Counted from the stretch's first letter, positions 1 through 8,978 are shown. The stretch is DNA of 32,463 bases from Clostridia bacterium (GCA_045605365.1 JAZUPV010000079.1:1-32463), one strand, 5' to 3'. A program made the numbers and translations. Notes: generated by a model from the letters alone, not told the origin.

Positions 1-93
1 AATCTATCAAACAAAAGAGCAAGTTAACTTTAACGTTAACCCAACAACTTTGATTGATAGTTTGTTACTATATATTTTGGAGGCAAAACACCT

Positions 94-1113
94 ATGCAAA
101 TAACAGTCGTAGGAATAAGATTTAAAGAAAATGGCAAAGTATACTTTTTTGACCCAAAAGACTTGCAACTAAACATCGGCGACGGCGCCTTGGTAGAAAC
201 TGCAAGGGGGCTAGAGTATGGTACAGTTGCTTCTCATATCAAACAAGTTGACCAAGCGATGATTATTTCAGAATTAAAACCTGTCGTTAGAAAAGCAACT
301 GAAAAAGATATCAAACAATACAACAACAATATTCAAAAAAGCCAAGAAGCTCAAAAAGTTATTTTGCAAATGATCGACAATTTAAAACTTGATATGCAAG
401 TTGTCGATGTAGAATATGTCTTTGATGGTAGCAAAGTTATTATCAGTTTTACTTCTGACAACAGGGTAGACTTTAGAGAACTTGTCAAAGACCTTGCAAT
501 AAAATTAAAAACTCGTATCGAACTTAGACAAATCGGTATTAGAGACAAGTCAAAAGTTGTTGGCGGTATTGGTATCTGTGGCAAAGAATGTTGCTGCAAA
601 ACATACCTTAATGATTTTGAAAAAGTCTCTATCAAAATGGCAAAGACACAAGGCTTGTCACTTAACCCAACAAAAATCAGTGGGCTATGTGGTAGACTTA
701 TGTGTTGCCTTGAGTACGAAAATCCATACTATGCAGAAGTCGCTAGCAAGATGCCTAAGATCAATAGTGAAGTAACAACCCCAGATGGCAAGGGTGTTGT
801 TGTTTATCAAAATTATCTAAGACAAAAAGTTTCTGTCAAATTAGAAGGTAGCGACGCTGCGTACAATTATAAAGAGTATGACCTAGACCAACTAAAAACA
901 ACCAAGACGGTCAAAGGCTCACCAGCTCCAGTTGACACTCAACCAAAGCAAGACAAACAACCTGCAAAACAAAATCAACCAGAGCAAAAAGTTCAACCAC
1001 AAGAACAAAAAGAAAATACTAACACTCAAAAAAATAAATCATTTAACAAAAACAAAAAGCATAAAAAGTTTAACAAAAAAGGTAAAGATGAAAAACAATC
1101 TAATCCACAATAA
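94..1113 (+). CDS. ricT: PSP1-domain protein YaaT/RicT with a roughly 65-aa K/Q/N-rich C-terminal tail
   Basis: 339-aa ORF with GGAGG 10 nt upstream of the ATG. Cys clusters GICGKECCCKTYL and LCGRLMCCLEYE are typical of PSP1/YaaT. It is followed by a yabB-type methyltransferase, as in the Bacillus yaaT-yabA-yabB locus. Confidence 0.85.
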   Translation: MQITVVGIRFKENGKVYFFDPKDLQLNIGDGALVETARGLEYGTVASHIKQVDQAMIISELKPVVRKATEKDIKQYNNNIQKSQEAQKVILQMIDNLKLDMQVVDVEYVFDGSKVIISFTSDNRVDFRELVKDLAIKLKTRIELRQIGIRDKSKVVGGIGICGKECCCKTYLNDFEKVSIKMAKTQGLSLNPTKISGLCGRLMCCLEYENPYYAEVASKMPKINSEVTTPDGKGVVVYQNYLRQKVSVKLEGSDAAYNYKEYDLDQLKTTKTVKGSPAPVDTQPKQDKQPAKQNQPEQKVQPQEQKENTNTQKNKSFNKNKKHKKFNKKGKDEKQSNPQ

Positions 1114-1834
1114 CGAACGTCTAGAAGACTTGCAGTGCAAAAACCTTATGCTTATACAAAAGCCAGATAGCTATTGTTTTACTACTGACAGTGTGCTACT
1201 TGCCAACTTTGTCAAATGTAAACCAAAAGATAAAGTTGTCGAGCTGTGCTCAGGTAGTGGTGTGATAAGCATATTGTTATGTGCCAAAAACAACCTTCAA
1301 GATATATCTATGGTAGAGATACAACAAGAGCTGTGCGATATGTCATCACGTAGTGTAGAGTACAATGATATGTCTGACAAAATCAAAGTCTACAATATGC
1401 CTTTGCAAGACTGTTCAAAAACTTTAGGTCAAGAGACTTTTGATGTGGTTGTTAGCAATCCACCTTACTACAAAATAGTAGGTGCGCCGACCAACGAGTC
1501 TGGAGAAATCACCATTGCTAGACACGAAATCAAGATGAATTTGACCGAACTTGTAGTCGAAATGGCAAAACTGCTTAAATACGGCGGAAAATGCTACTTT
1601 GTACATCGTGCCGACCGCATAGACGAGATATTAGAAACTTTACAAAAATACAATTTAAGAGCAAAACAAATACAATTTATTCAACCAACTCAAAACAAAG
1701 AAGCACACCTTGTTTTGGTACAAGCTACCAAGGGTGCCAAGAGTGGTTTAAGAGTGTTGCCGATGTTGTATCTAAACAACGATGACGGTTCTATCAATAC
1801 TGCCGTTAGTAAAGTATACAACAGCAATGTTTAA
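1088..1834 (+). CDS. SAM-dependent N6-adenine methyltransferase, YabB/TrmN6 (tRNA1(Val) m6A37) family
   Basis: Motif I (VVELCSGSGVISILL) and motif IV (DVVVSNPPYYK). I chose the ATG at 1088 rather than the track start at 932, because the upstream 52 codons are low-complexity out-of-frame overlap with the yaaT tail. Confidence 0.8.
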   Translation: MKNNLIHNNERLEDLQCKNLMLIQKPDSYCFTTDSVLLANFVKCKPKDKVVELCSGSGVISILLCAKNNLQDISMVEIQQELCDMSSRSVEYNDMSDKIKVYNMPLQDCSKTLGQETFDVVVSNPPYYKIVGAPTNESGEITIARHEIKMNLTELVVEMAKLLKYGGKCYFVHRADRIDEILETLQKYNLRAKQIQFIQPTQNKEAHLVLVQATKGAKSGLRVLPMLYLNNDDGSINTAVSKVYNSNV

Positions 1835-2337
1835 AACAATTTGCATACAAGACAACTTGTTATTGCTCCAACAAAACACGCTATAAGAGAAACGGGTATT
1901 GCATACAATAGCCGTTTTATTTTTGTCTTAGAAAAGTATAGCGTTGATATATAAAACACCGTGTCGCTACTAGCAACAATAACGCTTGCACATCTAGATA
2001 TATAACTATCCACTCCGTAGGTAGTATATATGTCATTAAGTAGAGCTAGGCTGCCACTACCAGTAAAAGGCTTTAGCATAACAAGTTCGCATACTTGGGT
2101 TGGTATGCCAACAATATTAAATATCGGGCTAAATAATTTTGTCAACAAACTAGCCAGTCCACTTACTCGCATTAGTTGTACCATAATCATTATTGATATG
2201 ATGTATGGAAAAATATCTAATACAAGCGCAAAACTTTTTTTTGCACCGGTAACAAAACTGCCATAGGCATTAACATTTTTTATTTTTGATATGATTAATA
2301 CTATTAACAAAATTATAGGTAAAATATATTTGTTCAT
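1831..2337 (-). CDS. spmB: Spore maturation protein B (nucleoside-recognition/Gate-domain membrane protein)
   Basis: 168-aa polytopic membrane ORF with a 4-nt overlap with the upstream spmA-like ORF. This is the classic spmA-spmB pair arrangement. Confidence 0.7.
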   Translation of the reverse strand: MNKYILPIILLIVLIISKIKNVNAYGSFVTGAKKSFALVLDIFPYIISIMIMVQLMRVSGLASLLTKLFSPIFNIVGIPTQVCELVMLKPFTGSGSLALLNDIYTTYGVDSYISRCASVIVASSDTVFYISTLYFSKTKIKRLLYAIPVSLIACFVGAITSCLVCKLF

Positions 2338-2903
2338 CTTTTTATTGTCCTATATATTTTGTCGCATATTATCACTAGCAATATACCAGTAAGGGTTGTT
2401 ACTAAAGTCGCTATTATACTTGGCATAATTATATCACCGGCGTTGGCACTACCGTTTGCAAGTCTCAATCCAATTATCGTTGTAGGCAAAATTTGTAGCG
2501 AAGTAGCATTGATAACAAAAAACATTATCATACCACGAGTTAATTTGCCTTTGCCGTTGTCCATACCTTTCATAGCTTCTATGCCCATAGGGGTAGCAGC
2601 ACCACCCATACCTAGCATATTGGCAGAGATATTCATACAGATATATTCGTTAGTTTTTTGGTCGACCTTGCCAAATAGTTTGGTTGTTATAGGGGACAGT
2701 AGTTTAGCGAGTTTTGTCATTATGCCACAGTCTTGTAGTATTTGCATCAGCCCTAGCCATACAGCATATATACCAAGCAAGTTGCCACACAGTGTCAAAC
2801 TTTCTTTGCTAGTGTTTAACATAGTTTGCAAAATGTTGTCCGGGTCAACAACTATCAATAGGCTTATACTTATTAGCATTATATAAAACCAAATGTCTTT
2901 CAT
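2334..2903 (-). CDS. spmA: Spore maturation protein A (nucleoside-recognition/Gate-domain membrane protein)
   Basis: 189-aa membrane ORF. The N-terminus MKDIWFYIML resembles the SpmA M-x-N-x-IW start. It is translationally coupled to spmB. Confidence 0.7.
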   Translation of the reverse strand: MKDIWFYIMLISISLLIVVDPDNILQTMLNTSKESLTLCGNLLGIYAVWLGLMQILQDCGIMTKLAKLLSPITTKLFGKVDQKTNEYICMNISANMLGMGGAATPMGIEAMKGMDNGKGKLTRGMIMFFVINATSLQILPTTIIGLRLANGSANAGDIIMPSIIATLVTTLTGILLVIICDKIYRTIKR

Positions 2904-2979
2904 ATCTATATATTTATTAAGTTTAGTTTTTTGTTATGCAATTTTGTACTATTTGTGATACAATAAGTTAGGTAAAATT

Positions 2980-3756
2980 ATGATTATAGATACACATTGT
3001 CACCTAAACGACAAAAAAATAACAAACGTCAATCAAATAATACAAAGTTTAAACCAAGACAATATCAAACTTGCTATATGCAATAGTTCTAACATAAAAG
3101 ATTGTCAAGAACTTATCACAATGTCTACCGACAACCCCAACATATATTGCACACTTGGTGTTCACCCGCACGACGCAGCAAGTTTTGACCAACAAGCCAT
3201 AGACTATATCATATCTAATGCCAGCCACCCAAAAGTTGTCGCAATAGGTGAGATAGGGCTGGATTATTATTATGACTTTTGTGATAGAGATATTCAGCGT
3301 CAAGTTATGGCAAGTCAAATAGACCTAGCTTACAAGCTACAATTACCAATGGTGTTTCATATACGTGACGCTATGGGTGACTTTTTGGAGTATGTAAGAA
3401 ACAACAAAGACAAGTTCAAATATGGTGCAGAAGTTCACAGTTTTAGTGGTAGTTTAGAAGTAGCCAAAGAACTTATCTCATACGGCTTTTATCTAGGGTT
3501 TAATGGTATAATAACTTTCAAAAACGCCAACAAAATATTGGACGTTATAAAAAATATACCTTTGCAAAACATCTTGATAGAAACTGACGCCCCATATCTA
3601 ACGCCAGAACCACACCGTGGCAAGGTTAACGAGCCAAAGTATACGCACTTTGTAGCGCAAAAAATTGCAGAACTAAAAAATATTGATATCGAGAAAGTTA
3701 ACAAAACAACAACAGACAATGCTTATGCGTTGTTCAAAAAACTAAGGATAGATTAA
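2980..3756 (+). CDS. tatD: TatD-family metal-dependent DNase/hydrolase (YabD)
   Basis: N-terminal IDTHCHL metal motif, plus GEIGLDYYY and ETDAPYLTP motifs. It lies directly upstream of rsmA, as in Bacillus. Confidence 0.9.
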   Translation: MIIDTHCHLNDKKITNVNQIIQSLNQDNIKLAICNSSNIKDCQELITMSTDNPNIYCTLGVHPHDAASFDQQAIDYIISNASHPKVVAIGEIGLDYYYDFCDRDIQRQVMASQIDLAYKLQLPMVFHIRDAMGDFLEYVRNNKDKFKYGAEVHSFSGSLEVAKELISYGFYLGFNGIITFKNANKILDVIKNIPLQNILIETDAPYLTPEPHRGKVNEPKYTHFVAQKIAELKNIDIEKVNKTTTDNAYALFKKLRID

Positions 3757-4580
3757 TGTTAAAAGATATTTTAGAAAAGAACAATTTTGAATTTAAAAAG
3801 AAATTTGGACAAAACTTCATCACTGATACTAATTTGTTAAAAGCTATCGTTCAAGAAGGCGATATTGACAAAAGTAAGCAAATTTTAGAAATTGGTCCTG
3901 GGGCAGGTACTCTTACTTATCAGTTGGCACAAGCTTGTGACAAGGTTGTTTCTTATGAGATAGATACTACCTTAAAAGACGTCTTGCAAGAAACTTTGCA
4001 AGATTGTCCCAACACCCAAGTTATCTTTGGTGACATTATGGAGCAATCTATACAAGATATCGAAGCCAACTTTGATGGAGAATATCACCTTGTTGCCAAC
4101 TTGCCATATTATATAACAACACCTATTATCTTTAAATTTATCAATCACGCTACCAATATCAAATCTATCTATGTTATGGTTCAAAGAGAAGTTGGCGAAC
4201 GTATCTGTGCCGTAGCTGGTACCAAAGATTATGGTATAATCAGTGTAATAATATCAAGTATAGGCAGTGCCCATATAACAAGAATTATCAATCGCAATAT
4301 GTTTATGCCAGCACCAAATGTAGATTCTTGTATGGTAAAAATAGACATTGATAGGGACAAGTTCAAAATAGCCGATTTCAAACAATATAGCGATTTTGTT
4401 CAAAAATGTTTTGCAATGCGTCGCAAAACTTTGGCAAACAACCTAGAAAAGGGCTGCAACATACCAAGACAAACTTGTTATCAATGTTTGTCTAACTTAG
4501 AACTACCACAAGATGTTAGAGCCGAAAAGTTAGAGCCAGTGCAGTTTGTAAAGTTATATAACTTAGTTTTTGATAAATAA
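3756..4580 (+). CDS. rsmA: 16S rRNA (adenine1518/1519-N6)-dimethyltransferase RsmA/KsgA
   Basis: Motifs FGQNFITD, EIGPGAGTLT and ANLPYYITTPI. The start overlaps the tatD stop (TAATG). Confidence 0.92.
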   Translation: MLKDILEKNNFEFKKKFGQNFITDTNLLKAIVQEGDIDKSKQILEIGPGAGTLTYQLAQACDKVVSYEIDTTLKDVLQETLQDCPNTQVIFGDIMEQSIQDIEANFDGEYHLVANLPYYITTPIIFKFINHATNIKSIYVMVQREVGERICAVAGTKDYGIISVIISSIGSAHITRIINRNMFMPAPNVDSCMVKIDIDRDKFKIADFKQYSDFVQKCFAMRRKTLANNLEKGCNIPRQTCYQCLSNLELPQDVRAEKLEPVQFVKLYNLVFDK

Positions 4581-4600
4581 TCAATTATTTTCTAACAAAA

Positions 4601-4641
4601 ACAACTAAACTTTATCTTCAAAGTCTTTAGTTGTTTTTTTA
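4601..4641. terminator. Hairpin plus T-run after rsmA, overlapping the 3' end of the convergent small ORF
   Basis: Stem ACAACTAAA (4601-4609) pairs with TTTAGTTGT (4626-4634), followed by T7. Confidence 0.6.
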
Positions 4642-4769
4642 TTTGGCATAGTGAAAACAAAACTACCTGTTTTGTTGCCGAGTTTTGGCGGTTCATAGCC
4701 GTTTTTTATAAAGCTTTCTCTTAATTTTTCTAAAAATATTTCTGCTTTAGATTTTTGTTTGTTTTTCAT
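4605..4769 (-). CDS. Small hypothetical protein, 54 aa, lysine-rich; not in the supplied ORF track
   Basis: By-hand translation gives MKNKQKSKAEIFLEKLRESFIKNGYEPPKLGNKTGSFVFTMPNKKTTKDFEDKV. A strong SD (AGGAG, plus-strand CTCCT at 4776-4780) lies 6 nt before the ATG. Confidence 0.45.
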   Translation of the reverse strand: MKNKQKSKAEIFLEKLRESFIKNGYEPPKLGNKTGSFVFTMPNKKTTKDFEDKV

Positions 4770-4889
4770 ATTTTTCTCCTTTATTAAAGAAAGTGTCTTT
4801 ATATTTATAAAACCACCCAGCGAGATTTTTATAAAAATATAAAAAAATTTATCAAAATAAACTACTTTATCATATATATATTATTAAGT

Positions 4890-4896
4890 TTCGACA
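4890..4896 (-). promoter_or_regulatory. Perfect Spo0A-box heptamer (TGTCGAA on the minus strand)
   Basis: Plus strand reads TTCGACA in the divergent intergenic region between the 54-aa ORF and the 4977 ORF. spo0A itself is encoded 3 kb away. Confidence 0.35.
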
Positions 4897-4976
4897 AAGA
4901 TTTTTATTATGTTGCAATTTGTTTTAAATTTTGCACCTTGTGGCGACTATAATAAAGTCTTGTAAAGGAGATATGT

Positions 4977-6095
4977 ATGATTTACAAACGTACGCTTATT
5001 TTAAATGATATCGGCGAAAAAGACTGTTCAAAAAAAGGTATCTTGACCTTAGAGAGTATCGACAACAAGCTAGTAGGCAATCTTAGATTGTTTAATATAG
5101 ACGGTAGTTTACTAAAAAACACAGCAGTAGGTTTAAACGTCGGCAACGAAATCTTAAAGCTACCAGTTGAGTTTAAAGATAACAACACTTGTGATTTCAA
5201 AACAAAAAACATTTTGGATCTTGGTGGCAAAATCAGTTGTGCCCTTGTAGATACTACTAGGCAAAATAGCCCACAAATAATAGTGGGTGGGGCGTCTAAC
5301 TACCATCAAGAATGGGCTAACAAATTAGAACAAGCTTTTTGCCTTGACGAAGAACCTATAACCAGTGAAGAAATGTATTCTCTACAAGATGATGAGATAG
5401 AAGCTGTCGTGACAAAAACTCTACAAGACGACCAAGAATTTGTCGATTGTACTCAATGTACCAAGTGTAAATATCGAGAAGCATTTTTTGTCGATAAACA
5501 AAACTTAGAACAAGATAATCAAACTGAACAAGAAAATCAACTAGACCAACAAGAATCTTTGCCTACAACTTCACAAGAAATAACCACTTGCGGTGTAGAC
5601 GAGCAGATAGATGTACAAGAACCCGCACCCGACCAACAAGAAAATGACCAACCAGAACAATTAGACCCTGACCTAGAACAATCTCAACCGCAAACACTAA
5701 ATCAATCTCAATTTATCAATCTAAAAGCCGACGAGAGCGAAAGTATGGCTGACGATGCTAGTTTTTATGAACAGGTAAAATCTCAAATTGATGATTTGTT
5801 TGAGCAATATTCTCGAGAAGAAATGTTAGAACAACTTTTGCCTAATTCAAAATGGGTAAGAGTAAGGTACGAAAATAGCCAAAACTTTTATGTATTAGGT
5901 CTTATATACGAAGATGACGAGATAAAATATATCTCTTATGGTTTGCCAGCAGACAACCCAAACACTCCGCCACGAGACCTTCAGGAGTATGCTCAGTGGT
6001 TGCCGCTTGATGCTTCAAACCCACAACAATCGGGCTATTGGCTAGTTTATCAAAGTGCCGATTCTGGTGAATCTATACAAATAGAAGTGATATAA
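4977..6095 (+). CDS. Hypothetical protein with an N-terminal globular part, a CxxCxxC motif, a Q/E/D-rich linker and a C-terminal globular domain
   Basis: 372-aa ORF with AAAGGAG 6 nt upstream. No family recognised with certainty. Confidence 0.65.
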   Translation: MIYKRTLILNDIGEKDCSKKGILTLESIDNKLVGNLRLFNIDGSLLKNTAVGLNVGNEILKLPVEFKDNNTCDFKTKNILDLGGKISCALVDTTRQNSPQIIVGGASNYHQEWANKLEQAFCLDEEPITSEEMYSLQDDEIEAVVTKTLQDDQEFVDCTQCTKCKYREAFFVDKQNLEQDNQTEQENQLDQQESLPTTSQEITTCGVDEQIDVQEPAPDQQENDQPEQLDPDLEQSQPQTLNQSQFINLKADESESMADDASFYEQVKSQIDDLFEQYSREEMLEQLLPNSKWVRVRYENSQNFYVLGLIYEDDEIKYISYGLPADNPNTPPRDLQEYAQWLPLDASNPQQSGYWLVYQSADSGESIQIEVI

Positions 6096-6101
6096 CTATA
6101 T

Positions 6102-6130
6102 AAAAGAGACAAAAGTCTCTTTTTTATTTT
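6102..6130 (+). terminator. Rho-independent terminator
   Basis: Stem AGAGAC/GTCTCT with an AAAA loop, followed by a T-run. Confidence 0.7.
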
Positions 6131-6270
6131 TTAATTATTATAAATATTTGCTTAATTTTGCTTTTTTTGTTATATTTAATAGTAACTATTTTAATAATAT
6201 AGAAAAGTATATAATTGACTTATACAAAATAAAGTGTTATTATTTTATGTAGATATTTTAAGAGGACATT

Positions 6271-7722
6271 ATGAAGAAAAAATTTTTTAGTATTTTAGCT
6301 TGCGTGATGATGTGTGTATGTTGTCTTGCAGGTTGCGGACCAACAAAACTATCAGGCGGACCAGCCTTAGACGATACAGTTTATGGCAATGGTGGTGTAG
6401 CCGTACGCAAAGGCGATTATGTTTATTTTGTAAATGCTTATGCAGGTCAAACAGTTGCTTATGGCAAAAACAAATATGGCAAAGAAACTTTGTCTGCAAT
6501 ATACCGTACAAAATTAGATAAAAACGGTCTTGTACAAACTGACGAAGAAGGCAACCTAGTACAATCAGAAATTCTTGCTAAGCAAATTGTTGGCTTTAAA
6601 CATGCTGGTATATATATCTTTGGTGATTATATGTACTATACCACTCCAAAAGCAACAAAAGATAAATCTGGTACAGAAGTAGCAGACCTAGTAAGTTTTG
6701 AAAGAATCAAACTTAACTCTACAGACCACGATACATTGTATACTACATCAGCACCTGCTGGAGAAGACTTCAAATATCATATCTATCAATCAAATGATAG
6801 AGTTTATATCGTAGTTCTTAACGCGGGCGAATTAGTTAGTGTTAGTTGCAACCTTACCGGTGGCAAGACTACTAAGAAAGTATTAGATACTGATGTTACA
6901 AGTGCAGTATTTGCATCAGAAGACCAAGTTACTAACGAATTTAGCACTTATGCTTATTATACAAAGGCTTCTACTATAGAAGATGATGGTATCGCAGATT
7001 ATACTTTGATCAACAAAGTAAAACTTGATGGCTCAAAAGAACCAGAAAACCTAAAACTTACTTCAGAGACATTTACTCTAAACCAAGTAAAAAACAATAG
7101 ATTGTATTATACTTATGATACTATCTTATATTCAACCAACTCAGCTATCGACCCTAACACAAACACTTATTATTCTGCTAACAACCTAACAAGCTACAAG
7201 ATACTTGATGACCAAGTTATTGGTTCTACTTCTACAGACTTAGGTCTTGTTGCGCTACTAAGCAACAATGTTGTTTATTTTAGAGCTCAAAATGATTATG
7301 TTAACCTATTTAGCTCAGACAAGGCAGTTACTTTACAATATATAGCTGGCAACTATGTTTACTATACTATCGCTGAAGATTCTGCTCTATACAGAAAGGT
7401 TATCAACAAATCACGTACTCCAGAACAAGCCGAAGCAGAACGCACTATCGCTGGCGAAAAAGTTATTGACAACTTTATCTCATCAGTAAGTTACACTGTA
7501 GGCGAGGGCGAAGGAGCAACAACTGAGAGCGCAACAATCTTTGATTATGATCAAAACTATCTATTCTACTTCAACAAAGTAGAAGATACTAACGAAGTTT
7601 ATTCTTATATGCACTTATTCAAAATCGGTGCTCAAGACGAAGAAGGCAAAGCTTATGACAAATTTATCGGCGTTCTTGACAAAAAAGATACTGAAGAAGT
7701 AAAAGAAGAAACCCCAGTTTAA
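6271..7722 (+). CDS. Lipoprotein, possibly a DUF5050-like beta-propeller repeat protein
   Basis: Signal peptide with lipobox LAGC (MKKKFFSILACVMMCVCCLAGC). Recurrent aromatic strands: YVYFVN, YMYYTT, RVYIVV, RLYYTY, NYVYYT. Confidence 0.6.
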   Translation: MKKKFFSILACVMMCVCCLAGCGPTKLSGGPALDDTVYGNGGVAVRKGDYVYFVNAYAGQTVAYGKNKYGKETLSAIYRTKLDKNGLVQTDEEGNLVQSEILAKQIVGFKHAGIYIFGDYMYYTTPKATKDKSGTEVADLVSFERIKLNSTDHDTLYTTSAPAGEDFKYHIYQSNDRVYIVVLNAGELVSVSCNLTGGKTTKKVLDTDVTSAVFASEDQVTNEFSTYAYYTKASTIEDDGIADYTLINKVKLDGSKEPENLKLTSETFTLNQVKNNRLYYTYDTILYSTNSAIDPNTNTYYSANNLTSYKILDDQVIGSTSTDLGLVALLSNNVVYFRAQNDYVNLFSSDKAVTLQYIAGNYVYYTIAEDSALYRKVINKSRTPEQAEAERTIAGEKVIDNFISSVSYTVGEGEGATTESATIFDYDQNYLFYFNKVEDTNEVYSYMHLFKIGAQDEEGKAYDKFIGVLDKKDTEEVKEETPV

Positions 7723-7740
7723 AAACCTTAATAGTTAACA

Positions 7741-7775
7741 AAAAAGACACTAATTGTTTAGTGTCTTTTTTTTGT
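7741..7775 (+). terminator. Rho-independent terminator
   Basis: Stem AGACAC (7745-7750) pairs with GTGTCT (7761-7766), followed by T7. Confidence 0.75.
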
Positions 7776-7776
7776 T

Positions 7777-7783
7777 TTCGACC
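7777..7783 (-). promoter_or_regulatory. Spo0A-box-like heptamer (6/7) upstream of spo0A
   Basis: TTCGACC, immediately followed by TTGACA at 7788-7793. Confidence 0.25.
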
Positions 7784-7950
7784 TTTTTTGACAAATGTAG
7801 TTATATCTTTTTACAAAATTTAATGTAAAATTAAAAAACAATCACAAAAACTTATTTATATGATATTAACCTTGATAATAATAAAAAATACTTTCTAAAA
7901 ATTAAAAAAATCTTATTAATTTTTTGACAAGTAGACGGTTTTAGAGCTTT

Positions 7951-7957
7951 TTCGACT
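7951..7957 (-). promoter_or_regulatory. Spo0A-box-like heptamer (6/7) upstream of spo0A
   Basis: TTCGACT, about 20 nt downstream of TTGACA at 7924-7929. Confidence 0.25.
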
Positions 7958-8120
7958 TTTTAGTACAAAAAGACAAAATTTAGTCTAAACTTTTTATCTC
8001 AAAGGTGTCTAAATAAATATGCATAATATTTTTTGTGTGTTAAACTTAACCCGTTCTTAATTTTTGTTGGGTGGACAACGGCAACAATTAATGACAAGGT
8101 TAAATATGTTGGAGGATAAG

Positions 8121-8906
8121 ATGGAAATTTCAAATCAAATAAAATTGGTCATTGTTGATGACAATGATAGTTATCGCAAGTCGCTAGTTTTAGACTTGCA
8201 AAATACTAAAGATTATAATATTGTAGGTGAGTGTTCTGATGGGGCAGAAGCACTTGCCATTATACAATCAACTTCACCTGATGTTGTACTATTTGATATA
8301 GTATTGCCAACAATAGATGGCTTTGAATTAATCGAAAAAGTTGCCGAAAATGATGCAATAAAACTTAAACCAAAGATGATTGTTTTATCTTCGTTAAAAA
8401 ACGAAGGTTTTGCGCAAAAGGCAATCTCTCTTGGGGCTAGTTATTATATGTCAAAACCAGTTAATTTTGATTTGCTGTCAAAACGTATCAAAGATACTTT
8501 GACCGATTTTAGTCAAGACACAGTAGAAAAGGTCTCTTGCATAAAATCTTCAAAAAACCGTATCCTTGACGAAAAGATTAGCAATATTTTCATAACAGTG
8601 GGCATACCTGCTCACATAAAGGGGTATCAGTTTTTAAGAGAAGCGATAAAGATGGCTATTGACAATCCAGAGATTATCAATTCTATTACAAAACAACTAT
8701 ACCCTTGTATAGCAGAAAGATTCGAAACTAGCGCCAGCAAAGTAGAACGTGCCATAAGACACGCTATAGAAGTTGCTTGGAATAGGGGCAAGATAGAAAA
8801 TATCAACAATCTTTTTGGTTTAAAAGTTTATAACAGCAACGAAAAACCAACCAACGGAGAGTTTATAGCACTTGTTGCAGACAAGATGCTTATAGAAGGG
8901 GCATAA
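8121..8906 (+). CDS. spo0A: Sporulation master response regulator Spo0A
   Basis: Receiver domain (KLVIVDDN, DVVLFDIVLPTIDG). Signature Spo0A C-terminal domain (GIPAHIKGYQFLREAI, SKVERAIRHAIEVAWNRG). Start placed at the ATG 4 nt after GGAGGA rather than at the TTG at 8064. Confidence 0.95.
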   Translation: MEISNQIKLVIVDDNDSYRKSLVLDLQNTKDYNIVGECSDGAEALAIIQSTSPDVVLFDIVLPTIDGFELIEKVAENDAIKLKPKMIVLSSLKNEGFAQKAISLGASYYMSKPVNFDLLSKRIKDTLTDFSQDTVEKVSCIKSSKNRILDEKISNIFITVGIPAHIKGYQFLREAIKMAIDNPEIINSITKQLYPCIAERFETSASKVERAIRHAIEVAWNRGKIENINNLFGLKVYNSNEKPTNGEFIALVADKMLIEGA

Positions 8907-8978
8907 TAAGTAGGTTTTTAGCAAAAAAATCAACAAAAAGTCGCCAAAAAATATTACAAAAAAAATATAAAAATATAG

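Noticed and set aside
932-1087. N-terminal 52-codon extension of the methyltransferase ORF given in the ORF track
   Set aside because: The extension is low-complexity (K/N/T-rich) because it reads the A-rich yaaT tail in another frame. A normal ATG at 1088 begins the conserved YabB-like sequence.
2359-2886. 175-aa plus-strand ORF antisense to spmA
   Set aside because: Shadow ORF of a hydrophobic membrane gene. There is no RBS, and the opposite strand has the recognisable SpmA sequence.
8064-8120. TTG start extending Spo0A by 19 codons
   Set aside because: The ATG at 8121 lies 4 nt after GGAGGA and begins right at the receiver domain. The extension has no RBS and no counterpart in Spo0A proteins.
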